NCBI GenBank assembly: GCA_963750165.1
Contig: CAVVPN010000011.1
Coordinates: 2,112,001-2,176,000, forward strand
Origin: an uncultured Gemmataceae bacterium
GTDB lineage: Bacteria; Planctomycetota; Planctomycetia; Gemmatales; Gemmataceae
Direction: 5' to 3'
DNA: 64,000 bases
How positions within the stretch are numbered: the stretch's first letter is position 1; every line of letters starts with the position of its first letter. Both the position numbers and the translations under genes were made by a program. Positions 51,334 through 64,000 of this stretch are shown here, one piece after another. A model generated the notes under the pieces. That model was not told the DNA's origin and ran no database searches. It saw only the letters and a list, made by a program, of their open reading frames with translations.

Positions 51334-51720
51334 ATGGCGGCGCCGCCTCACGAACTCAACTGGCACTTCGGTTGGTGGCTGGTGCTCAGCGCCTTCGTCA
51401 CCGGGGCGCTGCTGGGCCTGTGCTTCCACCGCGACGACTTCCTGGGCGGCTACCACAGCTTTCGTCGCCGGCTGCTGCGGCTGGGCCACATCGCCCAGGC
51501 GGCCCTGGGCATGATGAACGTGCTGTACAGCCTGTCGCCCTGGCCGGCCACCGCCACGCGCGCGGCGGACGTGGCGGCCTGGGGCTTCCTGGTTGGCGGC
51601 GTGTCCATGCCGGCGGTCTGCTTTCTGACAGCCTGGAAGACGCCGTTTCGCCATCTGTTCTTCATCCCGGTGACGGCGCTGATTGTCGCCGTCACTACCA
51701 CGCTGCGGGGAGTGCCCTGA
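51334..51720 (+). CDS. Membrane hypothetical protein
   Basis: Four hydrophobic segments; LGGYHSFRRRLLRLGHIA. Confidence 0.75.
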   Translation: MAAPPHELNWHFGWWLVLSAFVTGALLGLCFHRDDFLGGYHSFRRRLLRLGHIAQAALGMMNVLYSLSPWPATATRAADVAAWGFLVGGVSMPAVCFLTAWKTPFRHLFFIPVTALIVAVTTTLRGVP

Positions 51721-53078
51721 ATGAAGATCGGCTTGCTGGCCATGAGTGGCATCCGGGCCCACGACCAGAAGTTGCTGGACCTGGGCCTGACGTTGCCCGG
51801 CGTGCTGGAGCGCAGCCAGGTGGTGGCGTCGCTGCCGAGCCTGGGCCTGCTCTACCTCGCCGCGGTGACGCCGCCCGGCCACGAACTGCACTACTTCGAG
51901 GCCGCCGCCGACGGCGCCGAGCCGGCCGCCCTGTATGACTGCGACCTCGTGGCCATTAGCACCTTTTCCGCACAGGTCTTCGAGGCGTACGCCATCGCCG
52001 ACCGACTGCGGCGCGCGGCGTGCGCGTGGCGATGGGCGGCCTGCACGTGACCGTGCGCCCCGACGAGGCCGCGCGACACGCTGACGACATCTGTCTCGGC
52101 GAGGGCGAGGTCATCTGGGCCGACCTGGTGCGTGCCGCCGCGCGCGACCCGGTGCCGCCGCGCGTCTGGGACGCCACCAAACTGCCGCCGCTCGACGTGC
52201 GCCGGCTGCCGACGCCGCGCTTCGATCTGCTGGCGGACCGGCCGTACAACCGCTTCACGGTGCAGACCTCGCGCGGCTGTCCGTGGCGCTGCGACTTCTG
52301 TGCCTCCAACGTGATGCTCGGCCGGCCCTACCGCAAGCGGCCCGTCGCCGACGTGCTCCGCGACCTGAAAGCGGTCGCCAAAGTCCGCAAACGGCCGTTC
52401 ATCGAGTTCGCGGACGACAATACCTTCGTGGACAAGGAATGGGGCAAGGAGTTGTGCCGCCAGCTGGTGCCGCTGCGGCTGAAGTGGTTCACCGAAACCG
52501 ACATCTCCGTGGCGGACGATGAGGAACTGCTGCGGCTGCTGCGACAGTCGCGCTGCCGGCAGTTGCTGATCGGTCTGGAGAGTCCGACGCGCAGCGCCCT
52601 GGAGGGCATCGAGCTGCACGCCAACTTCAAGGCCCGCCGCTGGCGTGACGCGAAGGAAGCACTGCGGCGCATCCAGGCGCACGGCGTCACGGTCAACGGC
52701 TGCTTCGTGCTCGGCCTGGACCGGCACACGCCGGAGGTGTTCGAGGAGGTGCTGGATTTCGCGCTGGACGTGCCGCTGTACGACGTGCAAATCACCGTGC
52801 TGACGCCGTTCCCCGGCACGCCGCTGTACGACCGGCTGCTGCGCGAGGGTCGCATCCTGCGTCCGGAGCGCTGGGACCTGTGTACGCTCTTTGACGTGAA
52901 CTACCGGCCGCTGAACATGACCGAAGACGAGCTGCGCGAGGGGCTGTACTGGCTGACGGAGCGGCTGTACAGCGCCGAGGGCAATGAGCGGCGCAAGCGG
53001 CCGTTCTTCGAGGCGCTATGGCAGCAACACGACGCCAGCGACCTGGCCTGGGACGTGGCCCAGTTGGCGGCGCGGTAG
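51721..53078 (+). CDS. B12-binding radical SAM protein; frameshift near 52018
   Basis: PSLGLLYLAA, MGGLHVT, QTSRGCPWRCDFC, FADDN, TPFPGTPLY. Confidence 0.9.
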
Positions 53079-53171
53079 GCGTCGGAATGCTTCAAGGTGC
53101 TTTCGGCTTTCCGTGTGCCAGGGTAAAATCATCGTTGATTTTCCGCCATGCCCCAACCGCCGAGCGCCGTT

Positions 53172-53457
53172 ATGACCCACTCCCATCCGCACGCCTTCAC
53201 TTCCCTGCGCCCGCTGGAGCGCGAGGGCCTGTTGCTGCACAGCCGCCGTAATTTCCTCGGTGATGTCGCTGGCGCTGGCGGGCGGCGGCTTCCGGCACGG
53301 TCAGGTGATCGGCGCCACGGAAGCGGATGGCGGCCAGATCAAGGAGCGGCCAGTGACGCCCGGCGATCTGGCGGCGACGATTTACCATCATCTGGAAGTG
53401 CCGCTGAACACGACGTATCAGGATGCGACGGGCCGGCCGCGCTTCGTGTTTTCGTGA
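53172..53457 (+). pseudogene. DUF1501 gene remnant with large internal deletion
   Basis: N-terminal SRRNFL joined directly to C-terminal LAGGGFRHGQVIGAT...PGDLAATIYHHL. Confidence 0.75.
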
Positions 53458-53463
53458 TTGGTC

Positions 53464-54756
53464 TTATTTCTTTCCGATGCACATAAGATGGCGGTCGGTG
53501 CGAAAGTACCAGCGGCCGTCCAGCAGCGCCGGGGACGCCAGCGTCTTCTCGCCCAGGTGGTTGACGTGCAACAGCTGGAACGCCTTGCCCGCCTTCAGCA
53601 CGAAGGTGTCGCCATCATCGTTGGTGACGAACACCTTGCCGTTGACGGCCACCGGCGTCGAGGAGATGCCCTCCTTCTTCGGCTCGCCGAGCCGGCCCTG
53701 CCACAGCAGCTTGCCCGACTTCGCGTCGAAGCACGACACCACGCTGATGATGTCGTTGATGGTGTACAGCTCGTCGCCGTAGACCAGTGGGCTCGGCACG
53801 AACGGCGAGCCCTTGAGCGTCTTCCACAGCAGATGCGTTTTCGTCACGTCGCCGGCGGCGCCCGCGGGGCGGATGGCCAGCGTCGGGCCGGCACGGCCGG
53901 AGCAGCAGAACAGCAGCCCGTGACCAACCGCCGGCGCCGGGATCACTTCCACGAGGTTGCCCGCACACGTCCACAGCACCTTGCCGTTGTCCGGGTCGTA
54001 GGCGTAAACGGTGAACTGACTGCTGACGATGAGCTGGTCCTTGCCGTTGACGCGGATGGCGACGGGCGAACCCCAGCCGACCGTTTCCTTGCGCGGCACC
54101 TTCCAAAGTTCCTTGCCGGTGCGCTTGTCGAAGGCGGCCACGAAGGAGCCGGACTTGCCGCGGTGCTCCTGGAAGAGGATGATGCGGTCCTTGTAGAGCA
54201 GCGGCGTGCAGGCGGTGCCGTGGTAGGCGTCGAACGGCCCGAGCGGCACATGCCAGACCTGTTTGCCGTCGAGATCGACACACAGCAAACCGTCGTTGCC
54301 GAAGTAGGCGTAGACCCGTTCGCCGTCGGTGCTCGCCGAGCCCGAGGCCCAACCGTTCTTGCCCTGCACCTTCTCCGGAGCGCCCGCCGGGGCGGCCGTC
54401 TCCCAGAGCAGTTTGCCGTCGGCCCGATTCAGGCAGACGATGGAGCGCTGCTTGCCCTTGTCGTGGGCGGTGGTCAGGAAAATGCGGTCCTTGAAGATGA
54501 TCGGCGACGAGTTGCCGCGGCCGGGCAGCGGCACCTTCCAGAGCACGTTGTCGGTGGCGGACCATTGATCGGGATAGGGGCCGTCGGGCACGACGTTCTG
54601 ACCGCCGGGGCCGCGCCAGCGCGGCCAGTATTTCGCGGCCTCACCCTCGGCGGGGACCATCTCGACGTTACCGACAGATTGCTGGGCGGCAACACGGGGA
54701 GCGGGCAGGCAGGCCAGCACGGCGGCGGCCAGGACAATGGTGGGAATGCGCGTCAT
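53464..54756 (-). CDS. PQQ-binding-like beta-propeller protein
   Basis: WPRWRGP, NVLWKVPLPG.GNSSPI, repeated GKxLW. Confidence 0.9.
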   Translation of the reverse strand: MTRIPTIVLAAAVLACLPAPRVAAQQSVGNVEMVPAEGEAAKYWPRWRGPGGQNVVPDGPYPDQWSATDNVLWKVPLPGRGNSSPIIFKDRIFLTTAHDKGKQRSIVCLNRADGKLLWETAAPAGAPEKVQGKNGWASGSASTDGERVYAYFGNDGLLCVDLDGKQVWHVPLGPFDAYHGTACTPLLYKDRIILFQEHRGKSGSFVAAFDKRTGKELWKVPRKETVGWGSPVAIRVNGKDQLIVSSQFTVYAYDPDNGKVLWTCAGNLVEVIPAPAVGHGLLFCCSGRAGPTLAIRPAGAAGDVTKTHLLWKTLKGSPFVPSPLVYGDELYTINDIISVVSCFDAKSGKLLWQGRLGEPKKEGISSTPVAVNGKVFVTNDDGDTFVLKAGKAFQLLHVNHLGEKTLASPALLDGRWYFRTDRHLMCIGKK

Positions 54757-54876
54757 GACGGAACAGCCTCTCGGCGGGTGGTTGGCAGTTGTACCTCTGT
54801 TGTACCCCACTGGCGATCGCGCCAAAGACCCCGTTTCGCGCGAAACGCGAAACGGGGTCAAATGAGACAGGGCGCG

Positions 54877-55359
54877 TTACTCGTCAGCGGTCAGGTCCGC
54901 AACGAGGCGGGCCACCACTTCATGCGTCAGCGCGAAGGTTACCTGGCTGCGCGGCTCGGCGGTCGCCAGGGAGCCCTGGAAGCGCCGGACGCGCACCTCG
55001 GTGGTGTTCCGCAGCAGCACTTCGTAATACAGCCGCTTGTCGCCGCGGACACTGGGGGCGGCGCTGCGCAACAGGGCCTCGCGGCGTGCGTCGTCCACCT
55101 CGAGCACCTTGAGCGGCTCGACCAGCCCATTGACGCGACTGGCGACGCGCGCCGCCCAGCTGGCCAGGTTGGCACCTTCGGGGGACGGACGGGTGCGCTG
55201 CAGCGTCAGCTCCCAGAGCAAGCAGCCGAGTTCATCGCACCGGTCAGCGGTGAGCGTCACCGTCCAGCCGGCGTCCGGGTCAGGGATGTTCAGTTGCTGC
55301 CGGCTCGTTTTGGGCCGCCATTCAGTGAGCTTTTCCAGAACCGTGTTTTCTAGGGTCAT
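54877..55359 (-). CDS. Conserved hypothetical protein downstream of spoVR
   Basis: GLVEPLKVLEVD...LLRS..P...YYEVLL; start overlaps the spoVR end. Confidence 0.75.
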   Translation of the reverse strand: MTLENTVLEKLTEWRPKTSRQQLNIPDPDAGWTVTLTADRCDELGCLLWELTLQRTRPSPEGANLASWAARVASRVNGLVEPLKVLEVDDARREALLRSAAPSVRGDKRLYYEVLLRNTTEVRVRRFQGSLATAEPRSQVTFALTHEVVARLVADLTADE

Positions 55360-56872
55360 CGGCTTCTCCCAAAGTTCGGATGGTGTGATCTGCGCCATCG
55401 AACGACAGCAGGCTGGGCTTGTCGTCGATGACGGTTTGCAGGTGGACCGGGCGACTCCAGATGTATTGTACGTTCGCCAGCGTGTCCGAGGCGGCGTCGA
55501 GTTTCAAATCGATGCCGTTGTGCTCGTGCCTGAGCAGCAGTTCACCGCGGTTGCGGTAGTTGCCGTCCACGACGTAAATCCACGGTTTGCCGAAGTTCGT
55601 CAGGCTGAAGAGCAAGCGCTGCTTGACCTTCTGGAACTCGCGCGACTCGATGACGTAATTGCCGGTCTGCTCCTGGTAGGCGAAGGAGAACATCTTGTGT
55701 TCCTGACAGAATTCGGGCGTCAGGAAGGTCTCGATGAAGGTAATATCGTTGTGGACGCGGCGGACCTCAAAGATTTTTTGTCGGCCGAGGCCGAGTTTTT
55801 TGTCCCACTGGCGGCGGGCCTCCACATCGTCGCAGTCGTCGTACTCCTTGCCGAACTTGCCGGTGTTCCAGCGGTGCTCGATGTCGCGGAGGAGTTCGAT
55901 GCCCAGCTTGTAGGGGTTGATCCGGCCGCGCTGCATGGCCACGGTGCCGGAGTGGTGGTCGGCGTAGTCGATCACCTCCGACGGGCTCAGGGCTTTCTGC
56001 GTCATGATGGTGGAATGCCAGAACGAGGCCCAGCCTTCATTGAGGACTTTTGTCATACCTTGAGGAGTAAAATAATACGCCTCATCGCGGATGATGGACA
56101 GCACGTCGCGCTGCCACGGTTTGAGCGGCGCGTGCTCGATCAGGAACAGCAGCACGTCCTTCTCGGGTCGCTCGGGGAAGCTCTTCGCCGCCTGCTCGCG
56201 CAACTTCTTCCGCTCCTCCTCCTCGGCCTTGAGCGCCGCGCGCGGGTTGATGTAATCATCCATGTAGTCCTTGCTCTTGAAGCGCGTCAGCTTGAGCGTC
56301 TCGTCCTCCGGTTCCTTGAAGTCGAAGCGCGACACGTCCTCACGGCGGCGGATGGCGGTCGAGTGGATATCGATCAGATCGTCAATCGACATGCAGCGGT
56401 CGATGAACGACTCCACCTCGTCCTCGCCGTACTTCTCCACGTAGCGCCGGAGGCGGACGCCGTGGTTCGCCATCTCGTCCATCATCTTGCGACTAGTGTG
56501 CGCGAAGTAGGCGTTGTTCTTGAAAAAATCGCAGTGCCCGTAGACGTGCGCCATCACCAACTTCTGGTCAATTGTATGATTGCTGCGCATCAGATACGCA
56601 TAGCACGGGTCATTGTTAATGACCATTTCATAGATCTTCGACAGGCCGTAGTCGTAGCCCTTCTTGAGTTCCTCAAAGGCCATGCCGAACGACCAGTGCG
56701 GATAGCGCGTGGGGAAGCCGCCGTAGGCCGCGACCTCGTTCAGGTCCTCGCCATCGAGCACCTCGAAGATCGTCTCATAAAAATCGAGGCCGTAGTCGCG
56801 CGCGTAGCCCTCAATCTCTTTCTTGAGGGCTCGCAGGTCCGGCGGCAGGTTCGTGCTATACGGGATGCCCAT
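55322..56872 (-). CDS. spoVR: SpoVR/YcgB family protein
   Basis: GFPTRYPHWSFG, KIYEMVINNDPCYAYL, AHVYGHCDFFKNN, TKVLNEGWASFWH. Confidence 0.95.
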   Translation of the reverse strand: MGIPYSTNLPPDLRALKKEIEGYARDYGLDFYETIFEVLDGEDLNEVAAYGGFPTRYPHWSFGMAFEELKKGYDYGLSKIYEMVINNDPCYAYLMRSNHTIDQKLVMAHVYGHCDFFKNNAYFAHTSRKMMDEMANHGVRLRRYVEKYGEDEVESFIDRCMSIDDLIDIHSTAIRRREDVSRFDFKEPEDETLKLTRFKSKDYMDDYINPRAALKAEEEERKKLREQAAKSFPERPEKDVLLFLIEHAPLKPWQRDVLSIIRDEAYYFTPQGMTKVLNEGWASFWHSTIMTQKALSPSEVIDYADHHSGTVAMQRGRINPYKLGIELLRDIEHRWNTGKFGKEYDDCDDVEARRQWDKKLGLGRQKIFEVRRVHNDITFIETFLTPEFCQEHKMFSFAYQEQTGNYVIESREFQKVKQRLLFSLTNFGKPWIYVVDGNYRNRGELLLRHEHNGIDLKLDAASDTLANVQYIWSRPVHLQTVIDDKPSLLSFDGADHTIRTLGEADDPRKHGSGKAH

Positions 56873-56949
56873 GTTTCACGATTGGGTTGATGACTTCGTT
56901 AGCGTCTCACCAACGTCACAATTAAACCGGTTTTTCAGCAACTCCAGAG

Positions 56950-58050
56950 TTACCGCCCCGTGCCCAGAAACTCCTTGATCGACCCCAGGATCGCCTCGCG
57001 ATCCGGGATGCGGCTCGCCACCACATTGTTCTTCTCGCCCAGCATCTCGTGGATGTAGTCGAAGAACTCGCCGCTGCCGTACGGGCTCTCCACCTGGCCA
57101 TAGCCGAACAGGTTCAACTTCGGCAGTAACTTCTCCGTCAAGATCTCGATACAGTGCGGAATGTCGTCACCCCAGTTGTCGCCGTCGCTGAAGTGGAACG
57201 CATACAGGTTCCACTGGTCCGGCGGATACTTGGCGTTAATCACCTTGTCCGCCAGTGCGTACGCCGAGCTGATCTTGGTGCCGCCGCTCTCGCGCGTGTG
57301 ATAGAACGTGTGCTCGTCCACCAGGTGGGCCACCGCGTCGTGGATGATGTACACGTTTTCAATGCCCTTGTAGTGGGCCTTGAGCCATGTATCAATCCAG
57401 AACGCCTCAATGCGTACGATCTCCTTTTGCTCGTCGGTCATCGAGCCGGACACGTCCATCATGTAAATGATGCAGGCGACGCTCTCCGGCTTGTTGACCT
57501 CCTTCCACGACCGGTACTGCTTGTCGGCGCGGATGGGCACGACAATTGGATCGTGCGGGTCGTAGGTGCCGGAGGAGATTTGCCGCTTCAGCGCCTTCTT
57601 GAAGGTGCGCTTGAAGTGGCGCAGCGACTCGGGGCCAGCCTGGCGGATGCCCGTATATTTGTCACGTGTCGTGACGATGTTCTTCTTGCCGCGCGGCTCG
57701 ATGCGCGGCAGCGCCAGCTCCTCGCCGAGGATGTCGGCGAGTTCCTGCAGGGTCAGCTCGACCTCCAGGATGTGGCCGCCGGGCTGGTCGCCGGCCTGCG
57801 GGTCGCCGTCCTGCTGCGGCGCGGTCAGCGGCTGGCCGGGGTCGCCGTCGCCCTGGCCGACGCCGCCGGAGCCTTTCTGGCCGTAGCGGAATTGCGGCAG
57901 GTTGATCTGCGGCAGCGGAATGCTGACCAGGTCGCGGCCCTTCTTGCCGATCATCTCGCCGCGGCTGATGTATTTGCCCAGGTTGCTCTTTACTTTACCG
58001 CGCACCAGCTTGCGGAACCGCTGATGATCGCGCTCGATTTTCTGTCCCAT
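56950..58050 (-). CDS. yeaH: DUF444 (YeaH/YhbH) family vWA protein
   Basis: MMDVSGSM, ESGGTKISSAY, FHFSDGDNW. Confidence 0.93.
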   Translation of the reverse strand: MGQKIERDHQRFRKLVRGKVKSNLGKYISRGEMIGKKGRDLVSIPLPQINLPQFRYGQKGSGGVGQGDGDPGQPLTAPQQDGDPQAGDQPGGHILEVELTLQELADILGEELALPRIEPRGKKNIVTTRDKYTGIRQAGPESLRHFKRTFKKALKRQISSGTYDPHDPIVVPIRADKQYRSWKEVNKPESVACIIYMMDVSGSMTDEQKEIVRIEAFWIDTWLKAHYKGIENVYIIHDAVAHLVDEHTFYHTRESGGTKISSAYALADKVINAKYPPDQWNLYAFHFSDGDNWGDDIPHCIEILTEKLLPKLNLFGYGQVESPYGSGEFFDYIHEMLGEKNNVVASRIPDREAILGSIKEFLGTGR

Positions 58051-58075
58051 GGTTAGCTCTCGTATTCTGCGGCCG

Positions 58076-58357
58076 TCAAGCCGGCTCCTCGGCCGGCGCC
58101 CGGGCCGTTCGGTCGCGCTCCTCGGAGTAGTAAGGCGGCCGGCCCGCGTTCTGGGCGCGCATCTCGAAGCCGCACGCCGCGCAAAGGAACCACGTCCGAT
58201 ACAGGGCTTCAGTCGGGTGGGTAAACCACACCGACACACAGGGCCGGCCGCAGGACGGGCAGGGCAACTCATCCAGCTGCCCCGCCGTCGCCGCCTGCAA
58301 CAGGGCCACCCTGGGCGCCAGGTCGGTCGCCTGGGAGGGGAAACTTTCTTGCATCAT
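58076..58357 (-). CDS. Small CxxC...CxxC zinc-finger protein
   Basis: GGAGGAGG RBS; CPSC...CAAC. Confidence 0.6.
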   Translation of the reverse strand: MMQESFPSQATDLAPRVALLQAATAGQLDELPCPSCGRPCVSVWFTHPTEALYRTWFLCAACGFEMRAQNAGRPPYYSEERDRTARAPAEEPA

Positions 58358-58619
58358 GGACCTCCTCCTCCAGCGCCCGTGCAGTGCCGGGCACGAATGC
58401 CCATTCGAGATCGTGGGCTTTCTGCCTGTGGTGCAATAACTCCTCCTCCAGAACGTGGGCCAACATCGCTTGGGAGGAAAAAGCTTCGTGGCCGAGGACG
58501 GCGCCGTCGGCCAGGCACATCGCCCGATACCCCGTCGGCATGTCAGCTCGAATCAGCACTTGCAAAGGACCAGTATCATAACCCGCCCCCAGCAGCGCCA
58601 CGACCGCGGCCCGGATCAT
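58269..58619 (-). CDS. Hypothetical protein
   Basis: [19 protein letters not shown]; start and end uncertain. Confidence 0.5.
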   Translation of the reverse strand: MIRAAVVALLGAGYDTGPLQVLIRADMPTGYRAMCLADGAVLGHEAFSSQAMLAHVLEEELLHHRQKAHDLEWAFVPGTARALEEEVHDARKFPLPGDRPGAQGGPVAGGDGGAAG

Positions 58620-58682
58620 CGCCTCCTCGGCCGCGCTGAATCCGTTCAGCTGAATGGCCCACCTCCCGCCACCAGACCGCGA

Positions 58683-62048
<3,366 letters not shown>

Positions 62049-62524
62049 CTGTGTCATCTCCTGTGCGGCGCCGCGGCGCCGGACCAAAGCTCACTGGCAC
62101 CTCGCCAGTCGTCGTGGCCGGTGTTGGCACGGCCGCGCCGGGGCACTGCGCGGCCAACGACGGCAGGACAAGCAAGGTGCGAGACAACGCGTCAAAGGGA
62201 GAAACAAGGTCGGCAAACAGGTTGGTGATTGCACGGGCGTTGATCTGCCCTTCTCGTTCCTGAGCGCTGTACGTCCATTCCCAATTTTAACCGGCCTCCC
62301 CCGATTCCGTCAAACGTTGCCGGCACCGCCCCCGGGTGGAGAGGTTGCCGCAAAGATGCGGCCCGTCACTTTCATTCTACAGTAACGGGACGAGAAAATG
62401 GCGCCTCGCGAGTGGGTTTCTTCCCGTTTTGTTGAGAGGCGGCCCGGGGCGGTGTTCACGACAGCAGCATACGCTTTTTCACCAGGGTATTGTCAAGACC
62501 GGTTTGCCGACGAGGCCGCCGGCG

Positions 62525-62815
62525 CTACCGGGACACCTGGACTCCGCGACGGCCGGCCGGCGCCGGAGCGGACTCGCGCAGACGGTCCAGCAACCGCGTC
62601 AGGCTCAGGTCGGCGATGCCGGGGAACATCTCCATCTGCACCGCCAGGGCCGCCAGGATGTGCTCGTCGCGCAGCAGGCCCATTTCGCGGCCCACCTGGC
62701 CAAACTTGGCCCGGCCGCCGCGCCGCCGCAGGGCCTCGACCACCTGCTCCCGCTCCGCGGACGTCAGGACGCCGAGGTCCACCAAAATGTCGCCGAGCCG
62801 TTTGCGGTCGCGCAT
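62525..62815 (-). CDS. Small MshEN-like protein
   Basis: RLGDILVDLGVLT...KFGQVGREMGLL...ILAALAVQ. Confidence 0.7.
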   Translation of the reverse strand: MRDRKRLGDILVDLGVLTSAEREQVVEALRRRGGRAKFGQVGREMGLLRDEHILAALAVQMEMFPGIADLSLTRLLDRLRESAPAPAGRRGVQVSR

Positions 62816-63194
62816 GTGCCGACTCCTGCCGGTGCCGTCCCACGCCGCCGCCCGGAAATGACGCGACGCCGGCGGGAACCCTGAACAACTATAGCTCATG
62901 CCCAGGGCGTTCCCCGAAGGGCAGCCGGCCGCCGCCAGGACGCCAACTCTCGACGTATGAAAAAGTTGGCCCCCTTGGCCCCCTTGGCCCCCTTGCTGCG
63001 AAACACGAGGCCACCGGGAGGCAGCGGTTGCCAGCCGTTGGAGGCCGGTTCGGGTGCCTCGCCCGCTCGGAAATCGAGCAACGCACGTTGATTCTGCTTG
63101 CGTCCGGCCACCGTGCCCGGTAGCATGCCGGAATAATTTGCTCCGTTCGCCCCGAACCCCATCGTTGCCGCTCGCGCCGGCCGGAGTACGCCTG

Positions 63195-63551
63195 ATGCTC
63201 AACTTGAAAATCCTGAACGACCAGGGCGACCCGGTGCAGGTCCAGTGTGAGGGCAACCTCAGCCGCCTGGACCTGGCCGAGAATCTGTCGCCGTTTGAAC
63301 ATTTTTTGGGCCCTGGCGGCTTCGCACGGCAGGTCCAGCTGAATCTGGAGCAAGTCGAGTTCATCGACTCCAACGGTATTGGCTGGCTGGTCGAGTGCCA
63401 CAAGCGCTTTCGCGCCGCCGGCGGCGGCCTGAGCCTCTGCAAGCTGCCGCCGCGCATCCTGCAGGTGCTGCAATTCTGCAAACTGGATCGGTATTTCCAC
63501 ATCATCCGCGACAACGGCGGCAGCCCCGCCGCCGGAGGCACCCAGGCATGA
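63195..63551 (+). CDS. STAS domain anti-sigma-factor antagonist
   Basis: LNLEQVEFIDSNGIGWLV..HKR...GG.L.L. Confidence 0.85.
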   Translation: MLNLKILNDQGDPVQVQCEGNLSRLDLAENLSPFEHFLGPGGFARQVQLNLEQVEFIDSNGIGWLVECHKRFRAAGGGLSLCKLPPRILQVLQFCKLDRYFHIIRDNGGSPAAGGTQA

Positions 63552-64000
63552 AAGATGTGCCGCCCCAGACCACCTACCACCTCGACGTTGCCACCCTGCC
63601 GCCAGAGCAAGCCGTCCACCGCATCCTGGAGCGCGCCGCTGAGGTCCACGCCAGCGATGTGTTCTTCGCCACCAACGAGACGCACGTGGCGGTGGCGATG
63701 CGGCACCTCGGGCTGCTGCGGCCGTTGACGCTGTTGCCGGCCGATCTCGGCAAGCGCTGTCTGGCCCACGTCAAGGCCATCGCCAACATGGACGTGGCCG
63801 AGAAGCGCCGCCCTTCCGACGGCCGCCGGCTCTACAAGCGCGACAACGGTGGCATCCTCGACCTGCGCATCAACACGCTGCCAACGCTGTACGGCGAGGA
63901 CTTTTGCTTGCGGCTGCTGGAGCGCGACTCGCGGCTGTTGCGGACAGACCAGCTCGGATTGGTGCGGCACGACTACAACCGCCTGCTGGCGATGTTGCAG
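63548..64000 (+). CDS. GspE/PilB-family secretion ATPase (partial)
   Basis: ASDVFF, KAIANMDVAEKRRPSDGR, DLRINTLPTLYGED..LRLL; runs off the window. Confidence 0.9.
   Translation, partial: MKDVPPQTTYHLDVATLPPEQAVHRILERAAEVHASDVFFATNETHVAVAMRHLGLLRPLTLLPADLGKRCLAHVKAIANMDVAEKRRPSDGRRLYKRDNGGILDLRINTLPTLYGEDFCLRLLERDSRLLRTDQLGLVRHDYNRLLAMLQ

Noticed and set aside
4300..52030. Frameshifts (about 4310, 5865, 9620, 12115, 28380, 35510, 40920, 43730, 46492, 52018) as programmed recoding or mass pseudogenisation
   Set aside because: They affect unrelated genes including rsmA, lack slippery motifs, and paralog comparison shows single-base indels; sequencing error is more likely.

Overview
High-GC bacterial DNA. 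The gene content (PEP-CTERM, DUF1501 remnant, PQQ-like propeller, HEAT/PDZ proteins, many palindromic intergenic repeats) suggests Planctomycetota; this is inference. The host backbone carries katG, rsmA, riboflavin synthase, pssA, an intein-containing AmrS-AmrA-AmrB ORF, clpX, tatC, cobA/hemD, a B12 radical SAM gene, an intein-containing prkA-yeaH-spoVR operon and the start of a GspE-like ATPase. The centre holds two related integrated elements whose ends can be mapped at base level. Element A (24329-32696, about 8.4 kb) sits in the 3' end of a TPR gene; element B (35164-46851, about 11.7 kb) splits a conserved hypothetical gene. Both have a satellite-like order: regulator, excisionase-like gene, replicase, origin-like tract, conserved non-coding block, PEP-CTERM cargo, ART-like and SWIM genes, a divergent promoter switch, and a large serine recombinase. 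Main finding: in both elements the attachment site lies inside the 3' end of the integrase ORF. Excision would rewrite the integrase C-terminus into a hydrophobic, Ala-ended, degron-like tail (...LLTVTYRVA, ...VQVPLALA) that the integrated form lacks. Many 1-bp frameshifts across the window, including in housekeeping genes, point to assembly indel errors.
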